From NCBI GenBank assembly GCA_963664435.2, contig CAXXKM010000001.1:800001-864000 (forward strand): a stretch of DNA of 64,000 nucleotides, read 5' to 3'. Below are positions 37,910 to 48,165 of this stretch, piece after piece. This DNA is from Longimicrobiales bacterium. GTDB lineage: Bacteria > Gemmatimonadota > Gemmatimonadetes > Longimicrobiales > Gaopeijiaceae. Position 1 is the stretch's first letter. Each line of letters begins with the position of its first letter. A model generated the notes under the pieces. The model saw only the letters and a list, made by a program, of their open reading frames with translations. It was not told the DNA's origin and made no database searches. The translations under genes were made by a program, and so were the position numbers.

Positions 37910-38674
37910 ATGAAGATACCCTTCCCCTGGGTGGCGGCGATCCTGACGATGGCCGGGTTCATGATCTGGTTGTGGTCAGCGCAACGCGACCGTGTCGCGG
38001 ACGTGCCCCTGCCACCCTCGGCTCCGGCCGAGCCGGACCGGACCGACCTTCCGACCGAGGGATCGTCGATGCCGTGCCAGGTCCCTCTCGCGTGGCGAAT
38101 CGCGCGGCTGGACGAGGAGTTCGGGCTCGACGCCGCCACCGCGGAAACGGTGCTCAGGGAGGCTGCCGGACTCTGGGAGGCAGCGCTCGGGCAGCCACTC
38201 TTCCTGCATGATCCGGAGGCTGGCATGCCGGTCCGGTTCATCTACGACGAGCGTCAGGCGCGCACCAACGAACGCAGGCGCCTGGAGGCGGCGCTCGAGA
38301 CAGAGCGCGCGACCCTGGATTCGGCGGGATTCGCGGCTCGCACACGCGAGCTGTCCGAACTCCTTCCTCCCGATACCGCGGAGGCGGGCGTCTACCGCGA
38401 AGCGGTGGTCCGCGACGGCGCGGGCGGGGTCGACGTGAGCCGCGAAATCCGCATCCATCGCTTCGCCGGACTGGACGAGCTGCGGCGGGTCGCGGCACAC
38501 GAACTGGGTCATGCGCTGGGGCTCGGCCACGTGTCCGAGCCGGGGTCGCTGATGCGGGGCGGGCCGGCACGCGGGGAAGCGGATCCGGAAGATGCCGGCG
38601 TCGCCCCCGGAGACCGCGACCGACTGCGCGCGCTGTGTCCCGAAATCCGGGAGGGAAGCGCAGGCCCGAACTGA
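37910..38674 (+). CDS. Matrixin-family (M10-like) zinc metalloprotease
   Basis: AHELGHALGLGH..SLM metzincin motif; N-terminal TM segment. Confidence 0.85.
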   Translation: MKIPFPWVAAILTMAGFMIWLWSAQRDRVADVPLPPSAPAEPDRTDLPTEGSSMPCQVPLAWRIARLDEEFGLDAATAETVLREAAGLWEAALGQPLFLHDPEAGMPVRFIYDERQARTNERRRLEAALETERATLDSAGFAARTRELSELLPPDTAEAGVYREAVVRDGAGGVDVSREIRIHRFAGLDELRRVAAHELGHALGLGHVSEPGSLMRGGPARGEADPEDAGVAPGDRDRLRALCPEIREGSAGPN

Positions 38675-38757
38675 CTTGACCGCTTTGCGACTCCCGCTTG
38701 TCTACCCTATACTGGAGGCTGGTGTGGAGTGTCTCGTCGCGGCGAGGCGGGTCCCCT

Positions 38758-41204
38758 ATGGTTCAGGCGGAGGCAATGAGAACACTCGTCATCGGAACGG
38801 CTCTGGGTGCGGCGCTGACTCTGCTTGGCGACCCCCCTTCCCTTCCTTCCGGGGAATCCCGACCCGCAGGTTCGGGCGGCGCCAGCGCGGCTTACGCGTC
38901 ATCGATCGAATCCCCGGCCCTGACCCGGGTGGTGGTCCAGTACTGCCAGGTCTGCCACAACGACGCGCTGCTCACGGGCAACGTCTCGCTTCAGGGGTTC
39001 GACGTGGAACGCGCCCCTGAGCTGGCGGAGACCGCGGAACGCATGATCCGCAAGCTGCGCGCGGGCATGATGCCGCCCCCCGGGATGCCACGCCCCTCGG
39101 GCGACACCCTCCAGGTGCTGGTGGAGACGCTGGAGCAGCTGGTCGACGAAACCGCCGCCGCCCGCCCCAATCCCGGGATCCGGCGCTTCCAGAGGCTGAG
39201 CCGCGCGGAGTACGAGCGCGTCATCCGCGACATGCTTGACCTCGAGATCGACGCGGGACGCTGGCTCCCCGCCGACGTGCTGCTCGGCAGCTTCGACAAC
39301 CTGTCGGCGGCCCAGGGGCTGTCGACGACGCTGCTGGCCGCCTATATGCGCGCCGCGACCGAAGTGAGCCGCCTCGCGGTGGGCAACCCGGATGCGGTTC
39401 CCGTGTCGGCCAAGTACACCAACCCAATCGAGGTGTCGCAGCACGCGTGGGACCACATCGACGGGACCCCGTTCGGCACGCGCGGCGGGATGGTGGTCAC
39501 CCACGATTTCCCGGCCGACGGCGAGTACGTCCTGACCGTGGAGACCCTGTTCGGACAGGGCACCGGCTTCGAGGACCTCGACATCTCCGTCGACGGTGAG
39601 GGCGTTGCGGTCATCCGATCCCGCACAACGGCGAGCGCGGCGTGCCGCTCAAGACCGATCCCGTCTTCGTGCGCGCGGGCCAGCGCCAGGTGGCGGCGGC
39701 GTTCGTGCGGCGCATGGACGGTCCCTACGACGACCGCTTCAGCCCCTTCGACTGGTCGTTCGTAGGCGGCGAGGACGCCCAGCAGTGGGCCAACTACGGC
39801 ATCACCGCGCTTCCGCACCTCTCGAACCTGATGATCACCGGGCCCACGGCCGTCGCCGGCGTCTCCGACACACCGACCCGGGACAGGATATTCAGCTGCC
39901 GGCCCGCGTCCGAGTCCGAGGAGCGGCCCTGCGCCGAGTCCATCGTGGCGCGGCTCGCGGAACAGGCCTACCGCCGCCCTGTCAACGACCAGGACCTGCA
40001 GGGGCTGATGGCCTTCTACGACCAGGGGTCGGACGGCGGCGGGTTCGAGATCGGCGTGCGCACCGCGCTCCAGGCACTGCTCGCCAGCCCCTCGTTCGTG
40101 TTCCGGCTCGAGCGGGAGCCGGCCGGCCGGGGTGAAGGCGAGAACTACTACCTGAACGACCTCGACCTGGCTTCCCGGCTGTCCTTCCTCCTCTGGGCCT
40201 CGGCGCCCGACCAGGAGCTGCTCGATGTCGCCGCCCGCGGACGGCTTTCCGACGACGCCGTGCTCGAAGCGCAGGTGCGGCGCATGCTCGCCGATCCGCG
40301 CTCCGACGCGCTGGGCACGCGCTTCGCGCATCAGTGGCTGCGCCTGCAGGACGCCGCCAAGAACAACCCGGAGCCGTACCTCTATCCCGATTTCACCGGC
40401 CAGTTGAGCGACGACCTGGTGCGGGAAACCGAGCTCTTCTTCAACCACCTGGTGCAGGAAGACCGCAGCCTGCTCGAGTTCTTCAGCGCGGATTACACCT
40501 TCCTGAACGAGCGCCTGGCGCGCCACTACGGGATCGACGGCGTCACGGGCGACGATTACCGCCTGGTCACGTATCCCGACGACAAGCGGCGCGGCATCCT
40601 CGGGCACGGGAGCGTCCTGCTGCTGACCTCGATGTCGGCGCGCACCTCTCCGGTTCTGCGCGGGAAGTGGGTCATGGAGGTCCTGATGGGTACGCCTCCG
40701 CCGCATCCTCCGCCCAACGTTCCCGCCTTCGACCAGACCGAGGGAACGGCGGACGGCCGCCGCCTCACCACGCGCGAGCGCATGGAGCGTCACCGCGCCA
40801 ATCCGACCTGCAACGCTTGTCATCGCTTCATGGATCCCATCGGCCTCGCGCTCGACAACTACGACGTGACCGGCCGCTGGCGCATCCGCGAGAACATGGT
40901 GGCGCTGGACACGCGCGGCGACTTCTACGACGGAACGCCCATTACCACACCGGCCGAACTGACCCAGGTCATCCTCAAGCGTCCGATCCCGCTGGTGCGC
41001 AATTTCACGGCGCATCTGCTGGCGTACGCGATCGGCCGCCCCGTGGAGTACTTCGATCAACCAACCATTCGAGCCATCGCGCGCGACGCGGAGGCCGAAG
41101 GATACAGCATGTCCGCCTTTGTTCTGGGGATCGTGAAGAGCGATCCGTTCCGGATGAGACGAACCGAGGCGACCGCCGACACGGAAGCCAACCAGGGAGT
41201 GTAA
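38758..41204 (+). pseudogene. DUF1592/1588/1585/1587/1595 (PSD/PSCyt) cytochrome-c-like protein, frameshifted near 39617
   Basis: CQVCH and CNACH heme motifs, RLSRAEY, LASRLSFLLW, RTSPVLRGKWV; one base missing at GTC ATC CG ATC CCG. Confidence 0.8.
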
Positions 41205-41210
41205 GCGACC

Positions 41211-42641
41211 ATGAACTTCATTACGGGAAAGCACCTTTCTCGCCGTACCTTCCTTCGCGGGATGGGCACTACGGTTGCGCTCCCCCTGCTGGACGCAATG
41301 GTCCCCGCCGGCAGGCTGTGGCGGGACCGCGCCGCCAGCGACTTCACGCGCTTCGTGGGCATCGAAGAATCGATGGGATGCGCGGGCGGGAGCGACTGGG
41401 GAGACCAGCAGTTCCTGTTCGCGCCCGAGAAAGTCGGCCGCGACTTCGAGTTCGCGGCGACCAGCCAGCTCAAGCCGCTCGAGCCCTACCGCGACTACCT
41501 GACGGTGATCAGCAACACCGACTCGCGGATGGCGGAGGCGTACCGCGCGGAGGAGATCGGCGGCGACCACGACCGCACCACCGCCGTCTTCCTGACGCAG
41601 GCCCATCCCAAGCAGACCCAGGGATCGGACGTCTATCTCGGGACCTCGCTGGACCAGTTGCACGCGTGCCGCTTCGGCCAGGACACCGCACTTCCCTCGC
41701 TGGAGCTCACCACCGAGTCGATCGACCGCGGGGGCGGATGCGCCTACAACTACCACTGCGCCTACACGACCTCGGTGGCGTGGGCCTCCCCGACCCAGCC
41801 GCTTCCGGCCATCCGCGAGCCGCGCGCGGTCTTCGAGCAGCTCTTCGGAGCGGGCGACTCCGCCGCCGACCGCGCCGCCCGCCGCCGCACGGACCGCAGC
41901 GTCATCGACTGGATCGCCGCCGAGGTGGCGCGCCTGAAGCGAGAGCTGGGGGCTGTCGACCGCCGGGCCATGGACGAGTACCTGACCCACATCCGCGAGC
42001 TGGAGCGCCGCATCGAGCTGGTCGAGGAGCGCAACACCAGCGGCGAGGAGCGGGCGATGCCGGAAGCTCCCTCCGGGGTCCCGGATTCCTGGGAAGAGCA
42101 CATGGAACTCATGTTCGATCTCCAGCTGCTTGCGCTGCAGACCGACATGACCCGGGTCATCACCTTCAAGATCGGCTTCGACCAGTCGAACCGGACGTTC
42201 CCGGTCAGCGGCACCAACAAGTCGTTCCACGGCGCGTCGCACCACGGCAACGTCCCCGCCGACATCATGGACTTCAACCTCATCAATACCCACAGGCTGA
42301 GCCTGATGGGGTACTTCCTGGAGAAGATGAAGAACACGATGGAGGGCGACGCTTCGCTGCTGGACAAGACCGCCATCGTCTGGGGTTCCTCGATGGGCGA
42401 CCCCAACCTGCACAACCACCGCCGCTGCCCGCTCATCCTGATGGGGCACGCCAACGGCGCCCTGGAAGGCAACATGCACTTGCGGGCGCCCAAGGGAACG
42501 CCGATGGCCGACGCGTTCGTAAGCCTGATGCAGGGCATCGGACACGACGACCTGCGGTCGTTCGGGGACAGCGTGAGCCCGTTCCCGCTCTCGTTCCCCA
42601 GAGGCGGCTTTGCCGACGCGCTGCGGGAGGCCGGATCGTGA
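41211..42641 (+). CDS. DUF1552 (HXXSHH) family Tat-exported protein
   Basis: LSRRTFLRG..ALPLLDAM, FHGASHH, GDPNLHNH. Confidence 0.88.
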   Translation: MNFITGKHLSRRTFLRGMGTTVALPLLDAMVPAGRLWRDRAASDFTRFVGIEESMGCAGGSDWGDQQFLFAPEKVGRDFEFAATSQLKPLEPYRDYLTVISNTDSRMAEAYRAEEIGGDHDRTTAVFLTQAHPKQTQGSDVYLGTSLDQLHACRFGQDTALPSLELTTESIDRGGGCAYNYHCAYTTSVAWASPTQPLPAIREPRAVFEQLFGAGDSAADRAARRRTDRSVIDWIAAEVARLKRELGAVDRRAMDEYLTHIRELERRIELVEERNTSGEERAMPEAPSGVPDSWEEHMELMFDLQLLALQTDMTRVITFKIGFDQSNRTFPVSGTNKSFHGASHHGNVPADIMDFNLINTHRLSLMGYFLEKMKNTMEGDASLLDKTAIVWGSSMGDPNLHNHRRCPLILMGHANGALEGNMHLRAPKGTPMADAFVSLMQGIGHDDLRSFGDSVSPFPLSFPRGGFADALREAGS

Positions 42642-44605
42642 GGGGCCCCGGCGAGGTGGTGACGCGCCGCCGCATGGGCGTGCTGGGCGCGACCCTGCTC
42701 CTGGCGTCGCTGGCCGCCTCTGTTGAGGCTCAGGATGCCGGGCTGATGGGCGCGGCAAGGCAGGGCGACGCGGAAGCGGTTCAGACGCTGCTCGCCGGAG
42801 GGGCGGACCCGAGTCAGGCGCAGGGCGACGGCATGACCGCGTTGCACACGGCCGCGCTCGAGGGCCACGGCGATGTCGTGGACGTGCTGCTGGCCGCGGG
42901 TGCCGAGGTCGGCGCGACGACCCGCATCGGGGCGTACACGCCACTCCACCTGGCCAGCCAGGCCGGACACGGGGCGGTGGTGCGCTCTCTCCTCGAGAGG
43001 GGCGCGGATGCGAACCTCTCCACCACCAACAGCGGGGCCACCCCGCTCCACCTGGCCGCGCGCGTAGTGGCCGGCGAGGACGCGGTAGCCGCGTTGCTGG
43101 AACACGGTGCCGACGTCAACGCGCGAGAGGGCTCCGCGGGGCAGACCCCATTGATGTTTGCGGCCTCGTACAGCCGGACACCGGCGATTCAGGTACTCCT
43201 GAAGCACGGAGCCGACCCGAACGTGGCCACCAGGGTGGTGGACGTGCTGCACAGCGTGGCCATCGACCGCGAGGCCAGCCAGCTCCTGCGCGACCGCATC
43301 GAAGGGCTCCGCTTCGAAGCCGAACCGGGCACGGAGCCGGAATTGACCCCCGCACAGGTGCAGGAAGCGATCGCCGCCCAGCGCGAGTTCCTGAGCGCCG
43401 ACCACGCGCAGCGGCAGTTCAATGCCGACGATCTGGTCCAGCACCGCGCGGACTACCCCGGCGGCCCGCCGCTCGCGCGTCCTCCCTACCGGGAGACGCT
43501 GGTGGGCATGACCGGCGGCATGACCGCGCTGCTGCACGCCGCTCGCGAGGGCCATGTCGAAGCGGCACTCGCGCTGCTGGACGGCGGAGCCGACATCGAC
43601 CAGGTCAGCGGCGACGGCACCAGCCCGCTGCTGATGACCATCATCAACGGCCAGTTCGACCTGGCGATGGAGCTGGTCGAGCGTGGCGCCGATCCCGACC
43701 GGGCCGCCGACACCGACGGCATCTCCCCGGTGTTCGCGGTGCTGCAGACCCACTGGGCGCCCAAGTCCAACTACCCGCAGCCGCGCGCGCAGGACAACGA
43801 GCAGACCGAATACCTGGAGTTGCTGCAGGCGCTTCTGGACGCGGGCGCGGACCCGAACGTCCAGCTCAACACGCATCTGTGGTACTGGGAGTTCGGACTC
43901 ACCAAGATGGGCATCAACCTGGAGGGCGCCACGCCGTTCTACCGGGCCGCCTTCGCGCAGGACATCGAGGCGATGAAGATGCTGGCCGCCCACGGCGCCG
44001 ACCCCAACATCCCCACGCGCTGGCCGGCGGTGGGCATGCGGGAGCGCCGCCAGCAGGACGGGCGCCAGCAGGAGGATTCAGGCCTTCCCTGGATTCCCGA
44101 GGACTCGTACAACGCGTACCCCATCCATGCCGCAGCGGGTGGCGGCTGGCAGGGGCTCGGCGCGTTCAGCGTGCGCGCAGTCCCCGACAACTTCCTCAAC
44201 GCGGTCAAGTACCTGGTCGACGAGCACGGGGCGGATGTGAATCTGGCCGACTCCTGGCTGTACCGGCCGATCCACTACGCCGCGGCCCGTGGCGACAACG
44301 AACTCATCATGTACCTGGTCGAGCAGGGCGCGGACGTGACCGCCATCACCCGGCTGGGTCAGTCCGCGGCCGACATGGCGAGGGGCGGACGCTCCGGATT
44401 CTTCGTACGGGTCGCCTACCCGGAAACGGAGGAGTTGCTGGTGAACCTCGGCTCCAGCCGCGAGTGCGAGCACACCCACTTCCTGGACACGGGCGACTTC
44501 TGCGAGGGTCTCGGCGTCTTCGACCCGTGGAAGGAAAAGGGGATTCCGCAGACGACGGAGGCCGTGGTGCCGCCTCCCCCTCCGCCGGGAGGAAACCGGA
44601 GGTAG
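42638..44605 (+). CDS. Secreted ankyrin-repeat protein
   Basis: Signal peptide; repeated GMTALH/TPLHLA/GADVN motifs; GTGA coupling to DUF1552. Confidence 0.88.
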   Translation: MRGPGEVVTRRRMGVLGATLLLASLAASVEAQDAGLMGAARQGDAEAVQTLLAGGADPSQAQGDGMTALHTAALEGHGDVVDVLLAAGAEVGATTRIGAYTPLHLASQAGHGAVVRSLLERGADANLSTTNSGATPLHLAARVVAGEDAVAALLEHGADVNAREGSAGQTPLMFAASYSRTPAIQVLLKHGADPNVATRVVDVLHSVAIDREASQLLRDRIEGLRFEAEPGTEPELTPAQVQEAIAAQREFLSADHAQRQFNADDLVQHRADYPGGPPLARPPYRETLVGMTGGMTALLHAAREGHVEAALALLDGGADIDQVSGDGTSPLLMTIINGQFDLAMELVERGADPDRAADTDGISPVFAVLQTHWAPKSNYPQPRAQDNEQTEYLELLQALLDAGADPNVQLNTHLWYWEFGLTKMGINLEGATPFYRAAFAQDIEAMKMLAAHGADPNIPTRWPAVGMRERRQQDGRQQEDSGLPWIPEDSYNAYPIHAAAGGGWQGLGAFSVRAVPDNFLNAVKYLVDEHGADVNLADSWLYRPIHYAAARGDNELIMYLVEQGADVTAITRLGQSAADMARGGRSGFFVRVAYPETEELLVNLGSSRECEHTHFLDTGDFCEGLGVFDPWKEKGIPQTTEAVVPPPPPPGGNRR

Positions 44606-44699
44606 AAGGGCCTCCAGAGGAGTGCGGGCCGGGGAGATGAGGCGGAATCGGTAGAATCCGCCACAAGCCCCATTGCAGGCGGAATCTTGCCGTATCTAC

Positions 44700-44736
44700 A
44701 CTTGAAATATGAACAGGCGTCATTCATATTTCAAGT
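44700..44736 (+). promoter_or_regulatory. Perfect 14-bp inverted repeat overlapping a putative promoter for a leaderless AAA gene
   Basis: ACTTGAAATATGAA-9nt-TTCATATTTCAAGT directly before the ATG; TTGAAA, 17 bp, CATATT. Confidence 0.7.
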
Positions 44737-45906
44737 ATGATGGAGATAGCCCGAGAAAACCACCTGCAGCGCCTGCGCCTGCTAATCGGCGAGTTTCCGG
44801 TCGTCGCCCTTCTGGGTGCGCGACAAGTCGGCAAGACCACACTCGCCCGTCATCTTCAGGCCTCGACACAGGATCCGACCACGTGGTTCGATCTCGAAGA
44901 TCCAGCCGATCTGGCGCGGCTGGCGGACCCCGGCCTGGAACTGAGGCCGCTCCGTGGGCTCGTCGTCCTGGATGAGATCCAGAGGCTGCCCGACCTGTTT
45001 CCGCTCTTGCGCGTGCTCGCGGATCGTCCCGCAACCCCGGCCAGGTTTCTGGTGCTGGGCAGCGCATCACCGGAGCTCCTCCGGCAGACATCCGAATCCC
45101 TTGCGGGCCGCGTGGCGTTTCACGAACTCGACGGCCTCAGCCTGGAAGAGGTCGACGACCTCGAACACCTGTGGCTGCGGGGAGGGTTTCCACGCTCCTA
45201 TCTGGCTCGTACGGAACCTGCCAGCCGGCGCTGGCGCGATGGCTTTGTCAGCACGTTCCTGTCGCGCGATCTCCCTGGCCTGGGAAGCCGGATTCCGCCC
45301 ACAACCCTCCGCCGCTTCTGGACGATGCTCGCACACTGGCACGGGCAGGTCTGGAACGGCGCTGAATTCGGACGCGCGTTCGGAATCTCGCACACGACGG
45401 TACGGCGCTACCTGGATCTGCTGACTTCAGTGTACGTGGTGAGACAGCTGCAGCCTTGGTTCGAGAACATCCGCAAGCGGCAAGTACGCTCGCCCAAGAT
45501 ATACATCGCCGATTCGGGCCTTCTTCACGCGCTTCTCGGATTGACCAGCCGGGAGGATGTTGTGTCGCATCCCAAGGTGGGAGCGTCCTGGGAGGGATTC
45601 GTCATTCAGCAGGTGATTCACCTGCTCCGCGTCCCGCCGGAGCAGTGCTTCCACTGGTCCACACACGCGGGTGCGGAGCTGGACCTGCTGGTGATGTCCG
45701 GCGGGCGCCGCCTCGGCTTCGAGGTCAAACGAACGGAAGCACCTCGCGTAACCCGCTCGATGCGTTCAGCTAACGAGACACTTGGTCTGTCGCAGCTCTT
45801 TGTCGTGCACGCCGGAACAGGGACGTATCGGATGGCGCCGAATATGCTCGCCCTGCCCGCGACTCAGCTTCGGGATACGCTCCACCCCATGCGCGTCGGG
45901 AGCTAG
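44737..45906 (+). CDS. AAA_14 ATPase with DUF4143 domain
   Basis: GARQVGKTT, VVLDEIQ, LGSAS..SESLAGR, RGGFP, SPKIYIADSGL, ELDLL..FEVK. Confidence 0.9.
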   Translation: MMEIARENHLQRLRLLIGEFPVVALLGARQVGKTTLARHLQASTQDPTTWFDLEDPADLARLADPGLELRPLRGLVVLDEIQRLPDLFPLLRVLADRPATPARFLVLGSASPELLRQTSESLAGRVAFHELDGLSLEEVDDLEHLWLRGGFPRSYLARTEPASRRWRDGFVSTFLSRDLPGLGSRIPPTTLRRFWTMLAHWHGQVWNGAEFGRAFGISHTTVRRYLDLLTSVYVVRQLQPWFENIRKRQVRSPKIYIADSGLLHALLGLTSREDVVSHPKVGASWEGFVIQQVIHLLRVPPEQCFHWSTHAGAELDLLVMSGGRRLGFEVKRTEAPRVTRSMRSANETLGLSQLFVVHAGTGTYRMAPNMLALPATQLRDTLHPMRVGS

Positions 45907-46982
45907 TGTTGTGCCGCTAAAGCGGTGTTGGCACGGTTGACCTTAGCCAGGATGTCGCGAACGGTGGCGGTCCAGACGAAGGGTTTCGGGGCGCGGTTCC
46001 TGTGGTCGATGTAGGACGTGATCGCGTGGACGAGCTGGCCGACGCTGTGGACGGCGAGGCGTTTGAGCTGGCGCTGCGTGAGTTCGGAGAAGAAGCGCTC
46101 GACGAGATTGAGCCACGAGGACGAGGTGGGCACGAAGTGGAAGTGGACTCGGGGGTGCCGGTCCAGCCAGTCCTTCACTCGGGCATGCTTGTGGGTGGCG
46201 TAGTTGTCGAGGATGAAGTGCAGGTCGAGTTCCGGGTCGCATTGTTTTTCGACGGTGCGCAGGAAGCGGAGGAACTCCTGGTGCCGGTGACGGGGCAGAC
46301 ACTGGTGGATGACCTCTCCGGTGGCGACGTCCAGCGCCGCGAACAGCGTCGTGGTCCCGTGGCGCTTGTAGTCGTGCGTCATGGTGCCCGCCCGTCCCTT
46401 CTTGAGCGGCAACCCCGGCTGGGTCCGGTCCAGGGCCTGGATCTGGCTCTTCTCGTCGAAGGAGAAGACGATCGCCCGCTCCGGCGGCGCCACGTAGAGC
46501 CCCACCACGTCGCGGAGCTTCTCGACGAAGCGGGGATCGGTGGAGAGCTTGAAGTAGCGCACCCTGTGGGGCTTCAGTCCGTGGGCGTTCCAGATCCGCC
46601 CCACCTGGCTGTGATGCAGCCCCATGCCCTCGGCCATCAGGCGGGTGCTCCAGTGCGTCCCCCGCGGCGGTTTCTCCTCGAGCGTGCGGCGCACGACCTC
46701 GGCCTCGACTTCGGGCGTGATCGTACTTCGCGGCCGACCGGGGCGGGACCGATCCTCAAGTCCCGCGAGCCCCTCTTCGTCGTACCGGTCCAGCCATCTT
46801 TGCACGGTCGGCAGCGAGACGCCGATCTCGCGGGCCAGCGTCCGGCCCGGCAAACCTCCGGCCGAACCCAGTATGATCCGGGCGCGCTCCACGCGCCGCT
46901 GCGGGGTCGTGCGGGCTCGAACCCATCCCTCGAGCTCCTTGCGGTCCCCGGGTCGCAATCGAATCCTTCGCAGAGCAGGCAT
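45903..46982 (-). CDS. IS630-family DDE transposase
   Basis: HTH, SRPGRP, THWSTR, SFDEK, DYKRHGTTTLFAALD, ILDNYATHK, SSWLNLVERFF. Confidence 0.95.
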   Translation of the reverse strand: MPALRRIRLRPGDRKELEGWVRARTTPQRRVERARIILGSAGGLPGRTLAREIGVSLPTVQRWLDRYDEEGLAGLEDRSRPGRPRSTITPEVEAEVVRRTLEEKPPRGTHWSTRLMAEGMGLHHSQVGRIWNAHGLKPHRVRYFKLSTDPRFVEKLRDVVGLYVAPPERAIVFSFDEKSQIQALDRTQPGLPLKKGRAGTMTHDYKRHGTTTLFAALDVATGEVIHQCLPRHRHQEFLRFLRTVEKQCDPELDLHFILDNYATHKHARVKDWLDRHPRVHFHFVPTSSSWLNLVERFFSELTQRQLKRLAVHSVGQLVHAITSYIDHRNRAPKPFVWTATVRDILAKVNRANTALAAQH

Positions 46983-47041
46983 GCATGGAAGATAGCGGCT
47001 TCTCCATGCGTTAACCCTGCCACTTATGCGACACTACACTA
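45904..47041 (-). mobile_element. IS630-family insertion sequence with TA target duplication
   Basis: Imperfect terminal inverted repeats (CTA)GTGTTGTGCCGCTAAAGCG and (CTA)GTGTAGTGTCGCATAAGTG; TA at 45904-45905 and 47040-47041. Confidence 0.9.
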
Positions 47042-47479
47042 GTCCTCCCAGCTCACCGCATCCCCGACCTGGATGCGCGCGTCGCTCAGCACCGTGCAGA
47101 AGACCCCGCCGCGCCAGCCGGGGTCGAGGGCGTCCCGCAGCCCGGTGAGCTGTTCCTCCATGATCGTGCACGGCCGGGTCTCGCCGCGGATTTGTAACAG
47201 GCAGTCGCCGATACGGATCTTGCGGTCGCGGGTTTCGGCCAGCCTCACGCCGCTCACCATCAGGTTCGCACGCCTGAGGGCCGGATCGACGGACGTGCCG
47301 AGTTCGTCGTTGAGGTCGTCGAAGACTTCCTTCTCGATCAATGTGACCTGACGCCGGGTACGTCCGAAGTTCGCATCACCGGCGAGCCCGCCTCCCGCTT
47401 CGGCGGCGGCTTCGGAGACGGCGCTCATTTCGCCCCCACGTTGCCGCTTGAGCCAGATCGCCTCGAGTCTTCCGCTCAT
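47039..47479 (-). CDS. MOSC-domain protein
   Basis: RQVTLI, LRRANL.VSG, ETRPC..M, RGGVFCTVL..IQVGD. Confidence 0.85.
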   Translation of the reverse strand: MSGRLEAIWLKRQRGGEMSAVSEAAAEAGGGLAGDANFGRTRRQVTLIEKEVFDDLNDELGTSVDPALRRANLMVSGVRLAETRDRKIRIGDCLLQIRGETRPCTIMEEQLTGLRDALDPGWRGGVFCTVLSDARIQVGDAVSWED

Positions 47480-47508
47480 CCGTATCGCTCCTGTCGGTTC
47501 CGTTCTGT

Positions 47509-47590
47509 TTCCGGATGTATGGTCGTGTTCCGGTTGTGTCGCCGTTCCCCCGATGTGTCGCCGGCCGGTGTTCCGGATGCGTCGTCCGTG
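47509..47590. repeat. Degenerate repeats of about 19 bp (4 copies) upstream of the MOSC gene
   Basis: Approximate consensus TTCCGGATGTGTCGCCG; cores at about 47512, 47531, 47550 and 47574. Confidence 0.45.
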
Positions 47591-47870
47591 CCGCCCCTGG
47601 CTCGAACCGCTCCAGAATACCCAATCGAGCCGCTGAAGGCGAGAGACGGTTTCCGCCGGTCGGGTGACCGGCCCGGGACGCGGGGCGCGCCTGTCCGGAT
47701 CGCCCGGCGGCGAGGCCGCGGTGAAGGCGTCCCATCCAGCCATGGACTCGCCCCGGCATCCGGGTTCGGTGTGGTTCATGAGGGCACCTCAGGCCAAGGA
47801 CGAGCGGGGCGGTCGATGGCCACGGACTCGCGCCCGCCAGGAGCGTACCCTCAATCCGGAGACGATGGAC

Positions 47871-48089
47871 ATGACTACTCGACGCAAGACCCCGAACCGC
47901 CTCACGATGGCCGCGCTTTCCCTCGCGGCCGCCCTGGCCCTGCAGACCGGACCGGCGGCCGCGCAGTTCGCTGATCACGCCCCACCTGTCGAAGACGAGA
48001 TCATCGATGGGCGTCCGGACGCCGACGGCAACGGCAACTGGATCCTGTGCTGGCCGCTGCATTGGCTCATTTACTGCTGGACCAGATAG
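47871..48089 (+). CDS. Small secreted peptide with a Cys/Trp-rich C-terminus
   Basis: GGAGA RBS; signal peptide ending PAAA; C-terminus WILCWPLHWLIYCWTR; hairpin downstream. Confidence 0.55.
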   Translation: MTTRRKTPNRLTMAALSLAAALALQTGPAAAQFADHAPPVEDEIIDGRPDADGNGNWILCWPLHWLIYCWTR

Positions 48090-48165
48090 GAGGCTACCTG
48101 ATTGCGGCGCAGTCGCCCCGCCGGTGGCACCGGTCGTCCTGGCCGCTGCCACCGGCGAGTGCGGT

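Noticed and set aside
39605..39630. Programmed ribosomal frameshift in the DUF1592 gene
   Set aside because: No slippery heptamer is visible; a single-base loss by error or mutation is the simpler explanation.
40334..44605. 1423-aa ORF
   Set aside because: Only the part from about 42638 is ankyrin-like; the upstream part is an off-frame read of the DUF1592/DUF1552 genes.
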